Positions 8,466-17,263 of a DNA stretch of 64,000 nt are shown here, one piece after another (positions within the stretch are counted from its first letter, which is position 1; each line of letters opens with the position of its first letter). Location: positions 39,457 through 103,456 of the forward strand of contig CANQQD010000002.1 of NCBI GenBank assembly GCA_947625865.1. The letters are read 5' to 3'. Made by a program: the position numbers and the translations under genes. Under the pieces are notes generated by a model. That model was not told where the DNA came from, made no database searches, and was given only the letters and a program-made list of their open reading frames with translations. The DNA comes from an uncultured Clostridia bacterium (GTDB lineage Bacteria; Bacillota; Clostridia; Christensenellales; Borkfalkiaceae).

Positions 8466-8690
8466 ATGCTTATGGGACTTCTCTATACCTTTTTGACCTT
8501 TTTGATTTGTTTTATTCTTGTGTGCGCCGTCAAACTTATTTATTTGGGGCTGCTTTCGCTCAAAAAGCCGCCCGAGCCCGAAAAAAAGCCCGAGCCTGAA
8601 AAGAAGCCCGAGCCTGTTTATTACATAGTTGAAAGAAAGCGCACGAAAAAGAAGTATTCAAACCCGCAGGAGTTCGAATTTAAAAAGTAA
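8466..8690 (+). CDS. small single-pass membrane protein with PEPEKK repeats and a Lys-rich tail
   Basis: Hydrophobic N-terminus LLYTFLTFLICFILVCAVKLIYLGLL, then three PEPEKK units encoded by 18-bp tandem repeats (8571-8616). The RBS is weak, and a TATAAT at 8454-8459 would make the mRNA nearly leaderless. Confidence 0.4.
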   Translation: MLMGLLYTFLTFLICFILVCAVKLIYLGLLSLKKPPEPEKKPEPEKKPEPVYYIVERKRTKKKYSNPQEFEFKK

Positions 8691-8728
8691 AATTGCGTTC
8701 GTTTGGGGATATCTGCGGGGCAATTACC

Positions 8729-9079
8729 CTATTCCTCATAGCGGACAAGGTTTTGACCGTCCTCCCAAAGGCGCTCCAGATTATAAAAATCGCGCTCCTC
8801 GTCGCCGAAAATGTGGACTATCACGTCGGCATAGTCCAATACAGCCCAGCGGCCCTCGCGGATGCCCTCCACCCTGCGGGGCGTGAGATCGTGCTCCTTG
8901 CCGAGCTTTTCCTCGAGATATTCGGCAAGAGATTTTACCTGTGTTTTGGACGACCCGCCGCAGATAACAAAGTAATCGCAGATTGAGGTTTTGTCCTCGA
9001 CGGCAAGATACACTATGCCCTTTGCCTTCCTCGATGAGAGAGTTTTGCAGATGAGTTGAGTTTTTTCGAGACTTGTCAT
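8729..9079 (-). CDS. rsfS: ribosomal silencing factor RsfS
   Basis: 116 aa with an Iojap/RsfS pattern (DYFVICGGSS..Q..A, WAVLDYADVIVHIF, FYNLERLW). It sits downstream of nadD-yqeK, as in other Bacillota. Confidence 0.9.
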   Translation of the reverse strand: MTSLEKTQLICKTLSSRKAKGIVYLAVEDKTSICDYFVICGGSSKTQVKSLAEYLEEKLGKEHDLTPRRVEGIREGRWAVLDYADVIVHIFGDEERDFYNLERLWEDGQNLVRYEE

Positions 9080-9090
9080 AATTTTCCCCC

Positions 9091-10218
9091 TTAATGTTGT
9101 TCTTTTAAATATTCGTATGCCCGCCTCGTCAATGAGTAGACGGGCTTATTTTGCTTTTCAAGATAGGCGAGCTGATGCTCCAACGCCGCAAAAAGGCACT
9201 CGTCCATGTCCCTTGCAAAGAGCTTGCGGAGGCGTTCCACCCCCTCGAAATCCCTGCCCTCCTCCAAAAGGTCGGCAAGAAATATGAGCTTTTCGAGGTT
9301 GCCCATGTTCTCCCTGCCGCTCGTGTGGTAGCGGATAGCGTTCAACACGTATTTATCGGTGATCCCGAACGTGTGCTCCGCGACGTATGCGCCCGTGTAC
9401 TGGTGCATGACGGGTGCGGGAACGCCCGCGGGAAATTCAAAGCCCTTCAGCTCGGGCGAGCTTTCGCCGAGGTACTTTGCACAGTCGTGCAGAGCGGCTG
9501 CCGTGATTGCGTCGTATTCGAATACGTTTGCCCGCGGCGCATACCTTGCGGCGAGCAGTGCGACCCCGACGGTGTGGCGCCAGCGCTCCTCCGTCAGGAG
9601 CTTTTTGACCCCCCAGACCTCGGGAATTGCGTATATTTTGCGGGAACGTATTAAGTTTTTGACCTCTTCGGGCACATATGGCGATATGTCCTCGCCGATG
9701 GCGGCAAGTGTTCTGACGCGCGTGGAGCTGACGGCTTTGCCCACATAGCCGAATGAGACGATGTCGCTTTTAAAGCGCGAGGAAAAGGCTTTTAGTCCGG
9801 TTTTCAGTTCCTCTGAGGCTTCGCGGGCGCAGACGAGCGGAGTGGCGCACTTTAAAATCTCCTCGGGCTCCCTCCAACTGTCAAAGCTTTTGAGCATGTC
9901 CGAGCCCATTATAAAATATATTTCGGCTTCGGGATAGAGCTTTTTGAAGCGGCGGCATGTGACGTATGAATAGCTTATGCCTCCGCGCTTTATTTCGCAG
10001 TCGGAGACCTCGAAGCCATCGCGCTTTTCAAAAGCGAGGCGGCACATCTGCAATCTGTCCCTTGCGCTTGCCATAAGGGAGCCGCTCTTGTGGGGGGAGC
10101 GGTTGGTGGGAACGACTATGACCTCGTCCAGCCCCAGTTCGCGCTTTGCAGCAAGAGCCATATTTACGTGTTCGTTGTGGACGGGATTGAACGCCCCGCC
10201 GTAGATAGCGATTTTCAT
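9091..10218 (-). CDS. nadD: fusion of nicotinate-nucleotide adenylyltransferase (NadD) and YqeK-type HD phosphohydrolase
   Basis: N-terminus MKIAIYGGAFNPVHNEHV (nucleotidyltransferase H-x-x-H). The C-terminal half has HD-domain motifs (RWRHTVGVA, ALHDCAKY, IRYHTSG) in one uninterrupted 375-aa frame. Confidence 0.88.
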   Translation of the reverse strand: MKIAIYGGAFNPVHNEHVNMALAAKRELGLDEVIVVPTNRSPHKSGSLMASARDRLQMCRLAFEKRDGFEVSDCEIKRGGISYSYVTCRRFKKLYPEAEIYFIMGSDMLKSFDSWREPEEILKCATPLVCAREASEELKTGLKAFSSRFKSDIVSFGYVGKAVSSTRVRTLAAIGEDISPYVPEEVKNLIRSRKIYAIPEVWGVKKLLTEERWRHTVGVALLAARYAPRANVFEYDAITAAALHDCAKYLGESSPELKGFEFPAGVPAPVMHQYTGAYVAEHTFGITDKYVLNAIRYHTSGRENMGNLEKLIFLADLLEEGRDFEGVERLRKLFARDMDECLFAALEHQLAYLEKQNKPVYSLTRRAYEYLKEQH

Positions 10219-10256
10219 ATAGTATAAATTCCCGCCTTAAGGGCAATAACAAAGGC

Positions 10257-11003
10257 ATGAAAAGATTGAATTTACCCCTCGTTCTCGACACCGTTTTTGT
10301 GGGGATATGTGCCTTTTTACTGTTTTTTACCGCCGTCAGATTTTACACGAAAAGCGTTGCGGCAGCTCTCGTTTTCGGATTTACGGCGCTCCTTTTATTC
10401 GGTGCGCTCGCCTATGTTTACATAAGCGGAAAACAGAATAAAAAGCTGCTTTTGTCGCGCGACGAAAAGAATAAAAAGTTGCTCGCGCTGCACCTCTCCC
10501 TCTCCTCTGACGGATATATCAGGCGGCTTTTCAAGAGCCTTTTGGGCGAGGACGCAAAAATAAGCGGGCGGAAGGTCGTTTTAAATGACACGGCAAGCTT
10601 CTTCTGTTTTAAGATGGAGCCGCTCACCGAGGACGACGTGGCGCAGGTGATAAAGTATCGCTATGAAGGGAAAAAGCGGATATACTGCGCTAAAAGCTCC
10701 CGCGAAGCGGCCGCCCTTGCCGCAAATTTCCTCATCGAAATCGTGGGCATCGACAGCGTTTATTCCTCGCTCAAGGAGAAGGGGCTGCTGCCCGAAAAAT
10801 ATGTTTACGAGGGCGCGGAAAAGACAGGATTTTTTAAAAAGGTGAAGTCGCGCTTCAACCGCAGGCTCGCCGCGCCTCTTTTCTGGTCGGGGATAGGGCT
10901 TATGGCTTTGAGCTATTTCACTTTTTTCCCCGTGTATTATATTGTGAGCGGTTCCCTGCTGCTTATTCTTTCGGCAGTTTCGCTGGTGACGGCTCAAAGA
11001 TAA
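10257..11003 (+). CDS. hypothetical membrane protein (2 N-terminal and 2 C-terminal TM segments around a soluble core)
   Basis: Hydrophobicity pattern only; no family recognised. Its 3-prime end overlaps the yhbY 3-prime end by 10 nt in convergent orientation. Confidence 0.6.
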   Translation: MKRLNLPLVLDTVFVGICAFLLFFTAVRFYTKSVAAALVFGFTALLLFGALAYVYISGKQNKKLLLSRDEKNKKLLALHLSLSSDGYIRRLFKSLLGEDAKISGRKVVLNDTASFFCFKMEPLTEDDVAQVIKYRYEGKKRIYCAKSSREAAALAANFLIEIVGIDSVYSSLKEKGLLPEKYVYEGAEKTGFFKKVKSRFNRRLAAPLFWSGIGLMALSYFTFFPVYYIVSGSLLLILSAVSLVTAQR

Positions 11004-11287
11004 ATGTGCTCTACGTCCTTTCGTGAGGACCGTCTGTACAGCACCGCCTTTCTGCCTATTACGATAACGCACTCGGCGTTCAGCTTTTCGGCGAGCGACC
11101 TGCCGATTTCGCTGGGGTCGCCGTCGGCGTTTTCAAGTATGCTTATTTTTATGAGCTCCCGCTTTTCAAGACAGTCGGAAAAGCCGTCGAGCATATTTTC
11201 GCCTATGCCCTCCTTGCCCACCTGACCGACGGGCGAGAGATTTGCGGCAAGGCTTTTTAATTTTGCACGTTGCCTGGATGTAAGCAT
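10994..11287 (-). CDS. yhbY: YhbY/CRM-domain RNA-binding protein
   Basis: 97 aa, LTSRQRAKLKSLA..L.PV.QVGKEGI.EN pattern typical of YhbY/YqeI. Confidence 0.85.
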   Translation of the reverse strand: MLTSRQRAKLKSLAANLSPVGQVGKEGIGENMLDGFSDCLEKRELIKISILENADGDPSEIGRSLAEKLNAECVIVIGRKAVLYRRSSRKDVEHIYL

Positions 11288-11306
11288 TTTTCTCCTTTTT
11301 CGGGGG

Positions 11307-12584
11307 TTACGGCACGAAGTCGAATTCCACTTCGCCTATTTCTACCGTATCGCCCTCCTTTAATCCCATTTTTATAAGCTCGGAAATTACTCCCTTTTCC
11401 CTCAGTATTTTCTGAAAATACGCCATGGAATCGGGATCGGATAAAACCACGTTGCGGCAGAGCATGTCGACGAGAGTGCCAACCACAACGTAAACGCCGC
11501 CGTCGACGTAGATCTCAAAGCCCAGATCGCCGCTTTTTCTGTATGTGAAGCTCTTGTCGCTCTCCACCCTCTGCACGGGCGGAAGCTTTTCAAGCTCCCC
11601 GAATATGCCCTTCACAAGTTCCTCGAGCCCTCCGCCGTCGACTGCGGAGATTTTGAATATTTTGTATTTTTTACCGTACTTTTTTATAAACGCCCCTGCA
11701 TTTTCCTCTGCGCCGCAGATATCGCATTTGTTCAGGGCTATTATCTGCGGGCGCGAGGCGAGAGCCTGTGAATAGTTTTTGAGTTCGGCGTTGATTTTTT
11801 TAAAGTCGTCTGCGGGATCCCTGCCCTCTATTCCCGAGACGTCTACAACGTGCAAAAGCATGCGCGTGCGTTCGATATGTCTCAAAAAATCGTGCCCGAG
11901 TCCCGCGCCGTCAGCCGCGCCCTCTATGAGCCCGGGGATATCCGCAGCCACAAAGGAATTATCGTAATATCTGACTACGCCGAGATTGGGGGACAGGGTA
12001 GTGAAATGATAGTTTGCTATTTTTGGCTTTGCCGCAGAGATCTTGGAAAGAATTGTAGACTTGCCAACGTTCGGAAAGCCTATGATGCCCACGTCGGCTA
12101 TGACCTTCAGCTCCAAAATCAAGGTGTGCGGCTCGGTTTTTTCGCCCTTCTGGGCAAAATTGGGAGCATGCCTGCGCGAGGTGGTGAAGCGGACGTTTCC
12201 CTTGCCGCCCCTGCCGCCCTCGGCTATGAGCTTTTTATCGCCGTCGGAGAACATGTCGCAAATTATCGCGCCGGTAGCCTCGTCGCGCACGATCGTACCG
12301 ACGGGGACTTTTATTATCACGTCCTCGCCGTATTTCCCGAAGCACTTATTTGATCCGCCGCGCTCGCCGTTGCCCGCAACGTATTTCGAAACGTAGCGGA
12401 ACGGGAGCAGATCGTTGACGGAGGCGTCTGCCTGAACGTATATGTTTCCGCCGTCGCCGCCGTCGCCGCCGTCCGGTCCGCAGGCGGGCTTGCCCTTGTA
12501 GGACTTGAAGGAATTCATGCCGTCCCCGCCGTCGCCGGATTTAATTGTGATCCTGACCTTGTCTGTAAAAAGCTTATCTGCCAT
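11307..12584 (-). CDS. obg: GTPase Obg
   Basis: Gly-rich Obg fold (SGDGGDG, GGDGGDGG), G domain GFPNVGKST and NKCD, C-terminal TGS-like/OCT domain. Confidence 0.95.
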   Translation of the reverse strand: MADKLFTDKVRITIKSGDGGDGMNSFKSYKGKPACGPDGGDGGDGGNIYVQADASVNDLLPFRYVSKYVAGNGERGGSNKCFGKYGEDVIIKVPVGTIVRDEATGAIICDMFSDGDKKLIAEGGRGGKGNVRFTTSRRHAPNFAQKGEKTEPHTLILELKVIADVGIIGFPNVGKSTILSKISAAKPKIANYHFTTLSPNLGVVRYYDNSFVAADIPGLIEGAADGAGLGHDFLRHIERTRMLLHVVDVSGIEGRDPADDFKKINAELKNYSQALASRPQIIALNKCDICGAEENAGAFIKKYGKKYKIFKISAVDGGGLEELVKGIFGELEKLPPVQRVESDKSFTYRKSGDLGFEIYVDGGVYVVVGTLVDMLCRNVVLSDPDSMAYFQKILREKGVISELIKMGLKEGDTVEIGEVEFDFVP

Positions 12585-13857
12585 TTGATATGATCTCCGC
12601 GTTATCGGCGGTGTTTTTAAAAATATTCAATACTTCCACGTCGCTTTTTTTACGCAGCGACCCGACAATTTTAAGCTCCTCCGCGGATTGCAGATATTCC
12701 CTGCCGAGCGTAAAGGAATTTTGGATATCTATGGGGGCGGAGCCGTCCGAAATGACGAGACGCATATTCGCCGCGCTCAACAGCGCCGCGGAATTTTCAG
12801 ACCCATACTCCCCTGCGGCGTTGACAAAGCCTATTACCGTGAGGGAGCCTCCCTCCTCTGCGTTTATCGCCGATGACAAAATATGAAGCGCCGCCTCGCC
12901 GAGAGCCGAGAAGCCGCAGATCATAAGGACGGCGTTCCTGCCGCACTCTGCCATACGGGCACAGTATTGGGATACGAGTTCCGCAGCCCTTGCGTTTTCC
13001 TCCGCGACCGCCGAAAGGGAGGTGGAAAATACTTCTGCTCCCCTTACCGAACGCCGTATATCGGTGATCTCCTCGGGATAGCCGCCGACAAGAAGAATGA
13101 CGGCTTGTGCGCTTTCGTTGAGGCATATTGCCGAGGCAATCTGCTTTATCATCGAAATTTTGCCGAAGCTTGCGGGGGCGGAAATTACCGCGCGCTGACC
13201 GTACCCAAGGGGTGCGAACATATCCGACATGCGGGCGCATATATCGTTATCCCCGCCGCCCAGACAGATGCGGACGCAGGGATAGACGGGCGTCAGGCCT
13301 GCAATCTCCCTGCGGGGAAGGGCGTCGGGGCTGAAGCCGTTTACGGAGGCGATTGCATGCAGAGCCGCGCCGCTTACCGCGCGGCGGCAGACGCCGCCGA
13401 TTTTATCGCCTGACCTCAGACCGAACCTGTTTATTACAGTTTCCGCGACATAGATATCGTCGGGACACGGAAAACAACCGTTCACCCGAAGATAGGCATA
13501 TTTGCCCGTCCTGTCGAGTATTCCGGAGCAGGACTGTTCTGAGTCGTCTGATACTGAATAGCTCTGCTCAATAGGCGCCTCGCCTGCGTGGCAGGCGCCG
13601 AAAAATCTGATACATTCGCGTATATCCGTGACGAGCGCCTCGTCGAAATCGTTGGACTTGGGCGGCGCGCCGCGCGCCGAACGGGGCGCAGGCTGAGCCT
13701 TACACGAGGCTATGGCGATTATTTTATCTATTATGCAATCCTTCTTGCCGTCCGTGGGGCTGTGCACGCCAACAGCGCGGGCTATAAGGCGCACCTCGTG
13801 AATGGACTTTTTGTGCAGCCGTTCACGGATATCGGCAAGCATTGTTTCGCCCGCCAT
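12574..13857 (-). CDS. Rho-like protein with degenerate ATPase motifs
   Basis: Collinear by eye with Rho: an N-terminal Rho_N-like helix pair, DDIYVAETVINRFGLRSGDKIGG (Rho RNA-binding OB), PLGYGQRAVISAP and EEGGSLTVIGF. The P-loop reads APASFGKIS, DERPEE is replaced by GGYPEE, and LLDSITRLARA by MICGFSALGEA. Confidence 0.8.
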   Translation of the reverse strand: MAGETMLADIRERLHKKSIHEVRLIARAVGVHSPTDGKKDCIIDKIIAIASCKAQPAPRSARGAPPKSNDFDEALVTDIRECIRFFGACHAGEAPIEQSYSVSDDSEQSCSGILDRTGKYAYLRVNGCFPCPDDIYVAETVINRFGLRSGDKIGGVCRRAVSGAALHAIASVNGFSPDALPRREIAGLTPVYPCVRICLGGGDNDICARMSDMFAPLGYGQRAVISAPASFGKISMIKQIASAICLNESAQAVILLVGGYPEEITDIRRSVRGAEVFSTSLSAVAEENARAAELVSQYCARMAECGRNAVLMICGFSALGEAALHILSSAINAEEGGSLTVIGFVNAAGEYGSENSAALLSAANMRLVISDGSAPIDIQNSFTLGREYLQSAEELKIVGSLRKKSDVEVLNIFKNTADNAEIISNGR

Positions 13858-13858
13858 T

Positions 13859-14503
13859 CTATGCCCTCCTGAGAACTATTACCCGCGTTTCGCCTGTAAG
13901 ATCGCTGCGGGATAGCTCTATTTCGTCCGAATCGGTCTCGTGCACCTGCTCCTCGTCGAACAGGTCCAGAAATCCGTTGACCTTTTCAATGTCTATTTTG
14001 CAGTCTTTGGAGCGGTAGTGCATTGGAATAACGACCTCGGGCATCAACCTGTCTACATACTCCTTTGCCGTTTCGGCGTCTATCGTATAGTTGCCGCCGA
14101 CGGGGATCAGAAGCACGTCCACGGGCAAAATCAGCTCGAGAAGTTCAGCCGAGCACGCTTCGCCCAGATCGCCGAGATGACATATGTCTATGCCGTCCAT
14201 GCGGAATTTGAAAATCACGTTTTCGCCACGCTTTTTCCCGCGGACGTTGTCGTGAAAGCTCTTTACCGCGTTTATTTCCACGCCCGGAAGGTCGTAGCTG
14301 TCCTCCTTGTCTATAATGCGCGGCGCGCCGCCCACAGCCTTTATATAGTCGTGGTCGAAGTGGTGATGGGATATAGTGACCGCGTCCGCCGTTACGCGCG
14401 GCATCGTATAGCCCACCTCGGGCGCATACGGATCGGTGACGACCGACGTGCCCGTGCTCTCCGTGAGCTTGAAAGAGGAATGTCCGAGATACTGAATTTT
14501 CAT
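13859..14503 (-). CDS. metallo-beta-lactamase-fold hydrolase (UPF0173-like)
   Basis: Start MKIQYLGHSSF with RBS AAGGAGAATATATG; HHHFDH metal motif. The track ORF to 14806 adds an Arg-rich 101-aa extension that overlaps the upstream gene, so it is rejected. Confidence 0.85.
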   Translation of the reverse strand: MKIQYLGHSSFKLTESTGTSVVTDPYAPEVGYTMPRVTADAVTISHHHFDHDYIKAVGGAPRIIDKEDSYDLPGVEINAVKSFHDNVRGKKRGENVIFKFRMDGIDICHLGDLGEACSAELLELILPVDVLLIPVGGNYTIDAETAKEYVDRLMPEVVIPMHYRSKDCKIDIEKVNGFLDLFDEEQVHETDSDEIELSRSDLTGETRVIVLRRA

Positions 14504-14877
14504 ATATTCTCCTTGGGGTATATGGCGGCGGAAAGCCTTAAATTTATTTTTGCTCCGCCGAGAAAATAATCTATGTACACATCCACGCCCGCCTCGCTTT
14601 TTCTTATGACGAGCGCCTCGGTTCTGACGGGTATGCTGCCTGTCAGTTCGCCCGAAAGCAGCATACATACTGTATTTTTGCCCTTTGCAAAGGTTATATC
14701 CATATCGACTTCGCCGCGGCGGCTCTGCGTTACCGTTCCGCCTGCCGCAACGAGCGAGCACCTGTCTTCGCCTATAAAATATTTCAGTTCGAAGCCGCTT
14801 CCGCAAAACCGCAGCTCGCCGTCGGAATGGACCGCGCCGGAGTCATTTGAGCCGTAAATTGTGACCTTGCAGTTCAT
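14500..14877 (-). CDS. DUF1934 (YwiB-like) small beta-barrel protein
   Basis: RBS AAAGGAGGACATATG, 125 aa. The stop overlaps the start of the next gene (ATGA at 14500-14503). The family assignment is by general resemblance only. Confidence 0.55.
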   Translation of the reverse strand: MNCKVTIYGSNDSGAVHSDGELRFCGSGFELKYFIGEDRCSLVAAGGTVTQSRRGEVDMDITFAKGKNTVCMLLSGELTGSIPVRTEALVIRKSEAGVDVYIDYFLGGAKINLRLSAAIYPKENI

Positions 14878-14897
14878 ATGTCCTCCTTTCGGCGCGT

Positions 14898-15752
14898 TTA
14901 TTTTAAATCTGTGACCGTAATATCGCCCCAAAGCGTGCGTTCTTCGCGGCGGGACTCGAAGAGCCGCCTGCCCTCGCGGAGCACGTTTTCGAGTTCCTCC
15001 CTGTTTCCTCCGGCTATCGCGCGGCGGATCTCGTCAAGGGAGCTTATGAGCGAGGAGATGTCCTCTGTAAGGTTTTCGGCGTTTTTGAGATAGAGAGACG
15101 ACCAAACGCTCTCGTCGACGCCCGCGATCCTCGTCATATCCTGAAAACTGCCGCCTGTAAAGCCTATGCAGCCGTCCAACTCGGAATTCTTGACATAAGC
15201 GTTGGAAACTATGTGCGCGAGCTGCGAGGTATAGGCAATTTTTTTGTCGTGCGTGTCGGACGTGCACTCTACTATTCTTGCGAAGCCCATTTTTTTTGTA
15301 AGCTCGGCAATTACCTTTACCGCCCTGTCGTCCGTTTCGCCCGAATAGGTTATTATCATGCTTGCGTTGTCAAAGAGGTCGGCGGACGCGTTATAGATAG
15401 TGGAGACCTCCTTGCCCGCCATAGGATGGCAGCCTACGTAGCGGAAGTTGCGGGGGATCTTATATATTTCTTCCTCTATCCACCCCTTTACGCCGCAGAT
15501 ATCGGCGACTATGGAGCCGTCTTTAAACGTGTGGGAATTTATAAACTCTATGGTGGCTTCGGGCGGGAGCGCCACAAAAACGACGTCAAAAGAGACAAAG
15601 TCGCGGGCAAAGCCGTCTATGACGCCGCTTCTTAAGGCGTAGTCGGTTATTTTTTCGGAACGGTTCCAGCCCCACACATGCTGCCCCGCGCGCTTCAAAG
15701 CCATACAAATAGAGCCGCCTATTAATCCCAGACCCGCAACGCAAATATCCAT
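14898..15752 (-). CDS. tyrA: prephenate dehydrogenase
   Basis: MDICVAGLGLIGGS Rossmann start, HPMAG motif. Internal start chosen at 15752. Confidence 0.85.
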   Translation of the reverse strand: MDICVAGLGLIGGSICMALKRAGQHVWGWNRSEKITDYALRSGVIDGFARDFVSFDVVFVALPPEATIEFINSHTFKDGSIVADICGVKGWIEEEIYKIPRNFRYVGCHPMAGKEVSTIYNASADLFDNASMIITYSGETDDRAVKVIAELTKKMGFARIVECTSDTHDKKIAYTSQLAHIVSNAYVKNSELDGCIGFTGGSFQDMTRIAGVDESVWSSLYLKNAENLTEDISSLISSLDEIRRAIAGGNREELENVLREGRRLFESRREERTLWGDITVTDLK

Positions 15753-15890
15753 ACGCTCTTCCCACAAATAATTATTTACAGAATTATAGCATATCCGACC
15801 GTAAAATTCAATAATTTTACAATAAAAAAAGCGGACTGCAGGCAATATTTGTACGGCTGCACTTATATGCCACATTTTGATTTGATTTGT

Positions 15891-15919
15891 TTGACTTTTG
15901 ATATTTTTTTATCTATAAT
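15891..15919 (+). promoter_or_regulatory. sigma-A-like promoter of pgk
   Basis: TTGACT, 17-nt spacer, TATAAT. Confidence 0.65.
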
Positions 15920-15952
15920 TATCACGAATGAAAATTTAAGGAGTTTTTTGTT

Positions 15953-17263
15953 ATGAACAAGATGTCCGTAAAGGATCTGAAGGACCTTAAAGGCAAGAAG
16001 GTTTTGGTACGTTGCGACTTCAACGTGCCCATGAAGGACGGCGTTATCACAGACGAAAACAGAATTATAGGCGCGCTGCCTACAATCAAATATCTGCTCG
16101 AAGCGGGCGCGCGCGTTACCCTGTGTTCGCATATGGGAAAGCCCCACTCCATTTACTCAGCCGAAGTAAAATTAAATAAAAAGGATAAAGCCAAGGTAGA
16201 AAAGGGCGAGGCTACAGCCGAGGAAATCATTGAAAAGGCTAAAAAGGACGAACCCAAAAAGCTCACCCTTGCGCCCGTTGCAAAGAGACTCAATGAACTT
16301 TTGGGAGGCAAGGTGGTATTTGCCCACGACGTTATAGGTCCCGACGCAACCGCTAAGCGCGACGCGCTCAAAAACGGCGAGGCGGTGCTTCTTGAAAACC
16401 TCCGCTTCCACTGGGAAGAGGAAAAGAAGGACGAGGGCTTCTGCAAGGCGCTCGCCCACGACGCGGAAATTTATGTCAACGACGCGTTCGGAACGGCTCA
16501 CCGCTCCCACGCCTCCACCGCCGCCATTGTTGAATACGGCATTATAAAGACCGCCGTTTGCGGATTCCTCATCGAAAAGGAGCTTACGGTAATGGCTGAC
16601 ACGCTCGACAACCCCAAGCGTCCCTTCGTTGCTATTTTGGGCGGCGCAAAGGTTGCCGACAAGCTGAATGTAATATCAAATCTCCTTGAAAAGTGCGACA
16701 CGCTGATAATCGGCGGCGGCATGGCATATACATTCCTCAAGGCAAAGGGCTATGAAGTTGGCACTTCGCTTTTAGACGAGGAGAAAATCGGCTACTGCAA
16801 GGAAATGATGGAAAAGGCGGAAAAACTGGGCAAGGAGCTTGTGCTGCCCGTTGACACGGTTGTTACCTCCTCCTTCCCCGAGCCCATCGACGCACCCATA
16901 GAGGTTGAAACGGTGCCTGCGAACAAGATCCCCGCAGACAAGATGGGTATGGATATAGGCGAAAAGACCCGCGAACTCTATGCAAGCAAAATAAAGAATG
17001 CGAAGTCGGTAATCTGGAACGGTCCTATGGGCGTATTTGAAAACCCCATACTTGCAAAGGGCACAATTGCCGTTGCGCAGGCTCTTGCAGACGTTTACGG
17101 CAAGTGCACCACCATTATCGGCGGCGGCGACTCCGCGGCGGCTATACAGCAGCTCGGCTTTGCGGATAAGGTTACGCATATCTCCACGGGCGGCGGCGCG
17201 TCCCTTGAATTGTTCGAGGGCAAAGTTCTCCCCGGCATTGCGTGCCTCAACGAAAAGAAATAA
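15953..17263 (+). CDS. pgk: phosphoglycerate kinase (with Lys-rich insertion)
   Basis: RCDFNVP, SHMGKP and FGTAHR motifs. At 436 aa it is about 35 aa longer than typical bacterial PGK. Confidence 0.95.
   Translation: MNKMSVKDLKDLKGKKVLVRCDFNVPMKDGVITDENRIIGALPTIKYLLEAGARVTLCSHMGKPHSIYSAEVKLNKKDKAKVEKGEATAEEIIEKAKKDEPKKLTLAPVAKRLNELLGGKVVFAHDVIGPDATAKRDALKNGEAVLLENLRFHWEEEKKDEGFCKALAHDAEIYVNDAFGTAHRSHASTAAIVEYGIIKTAVCGFLIEKELTVMADTLDNPKRPFVAILGGAKVADKLNVISNLLEKCDTLIIGGGMAYTFLKAKGYEVGTSLLDEEKIGYCKEMMEKAEKLGKELVLPVDTVVTSSFPEPIDAPIEVETVPANKIPADKMGMDIGEKTRELYASKIKNAKSVIWNGPMGVFENPILAKGTIAVAQALADVYGKCTTIIGGGDSAAAIQQLGFADKVTHISTGGGASLELFEGKVLPGIACLNEKK

Noticed and set aside
13859-14806. Long N-terminal extensions offered by the ORF track (also 960-2453, 14898-15875, 36021-36611, 39521-41320, 52082-52504, 53106-54626, 3987-6686, 32751-33359).
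   Set aside because: In each case an internal ATG is preceded by a proper AGGAGG-like RBS and begins the conserved N-terminus of the family. The extensions overlap upstream genes or intergenic regulatory DNA.
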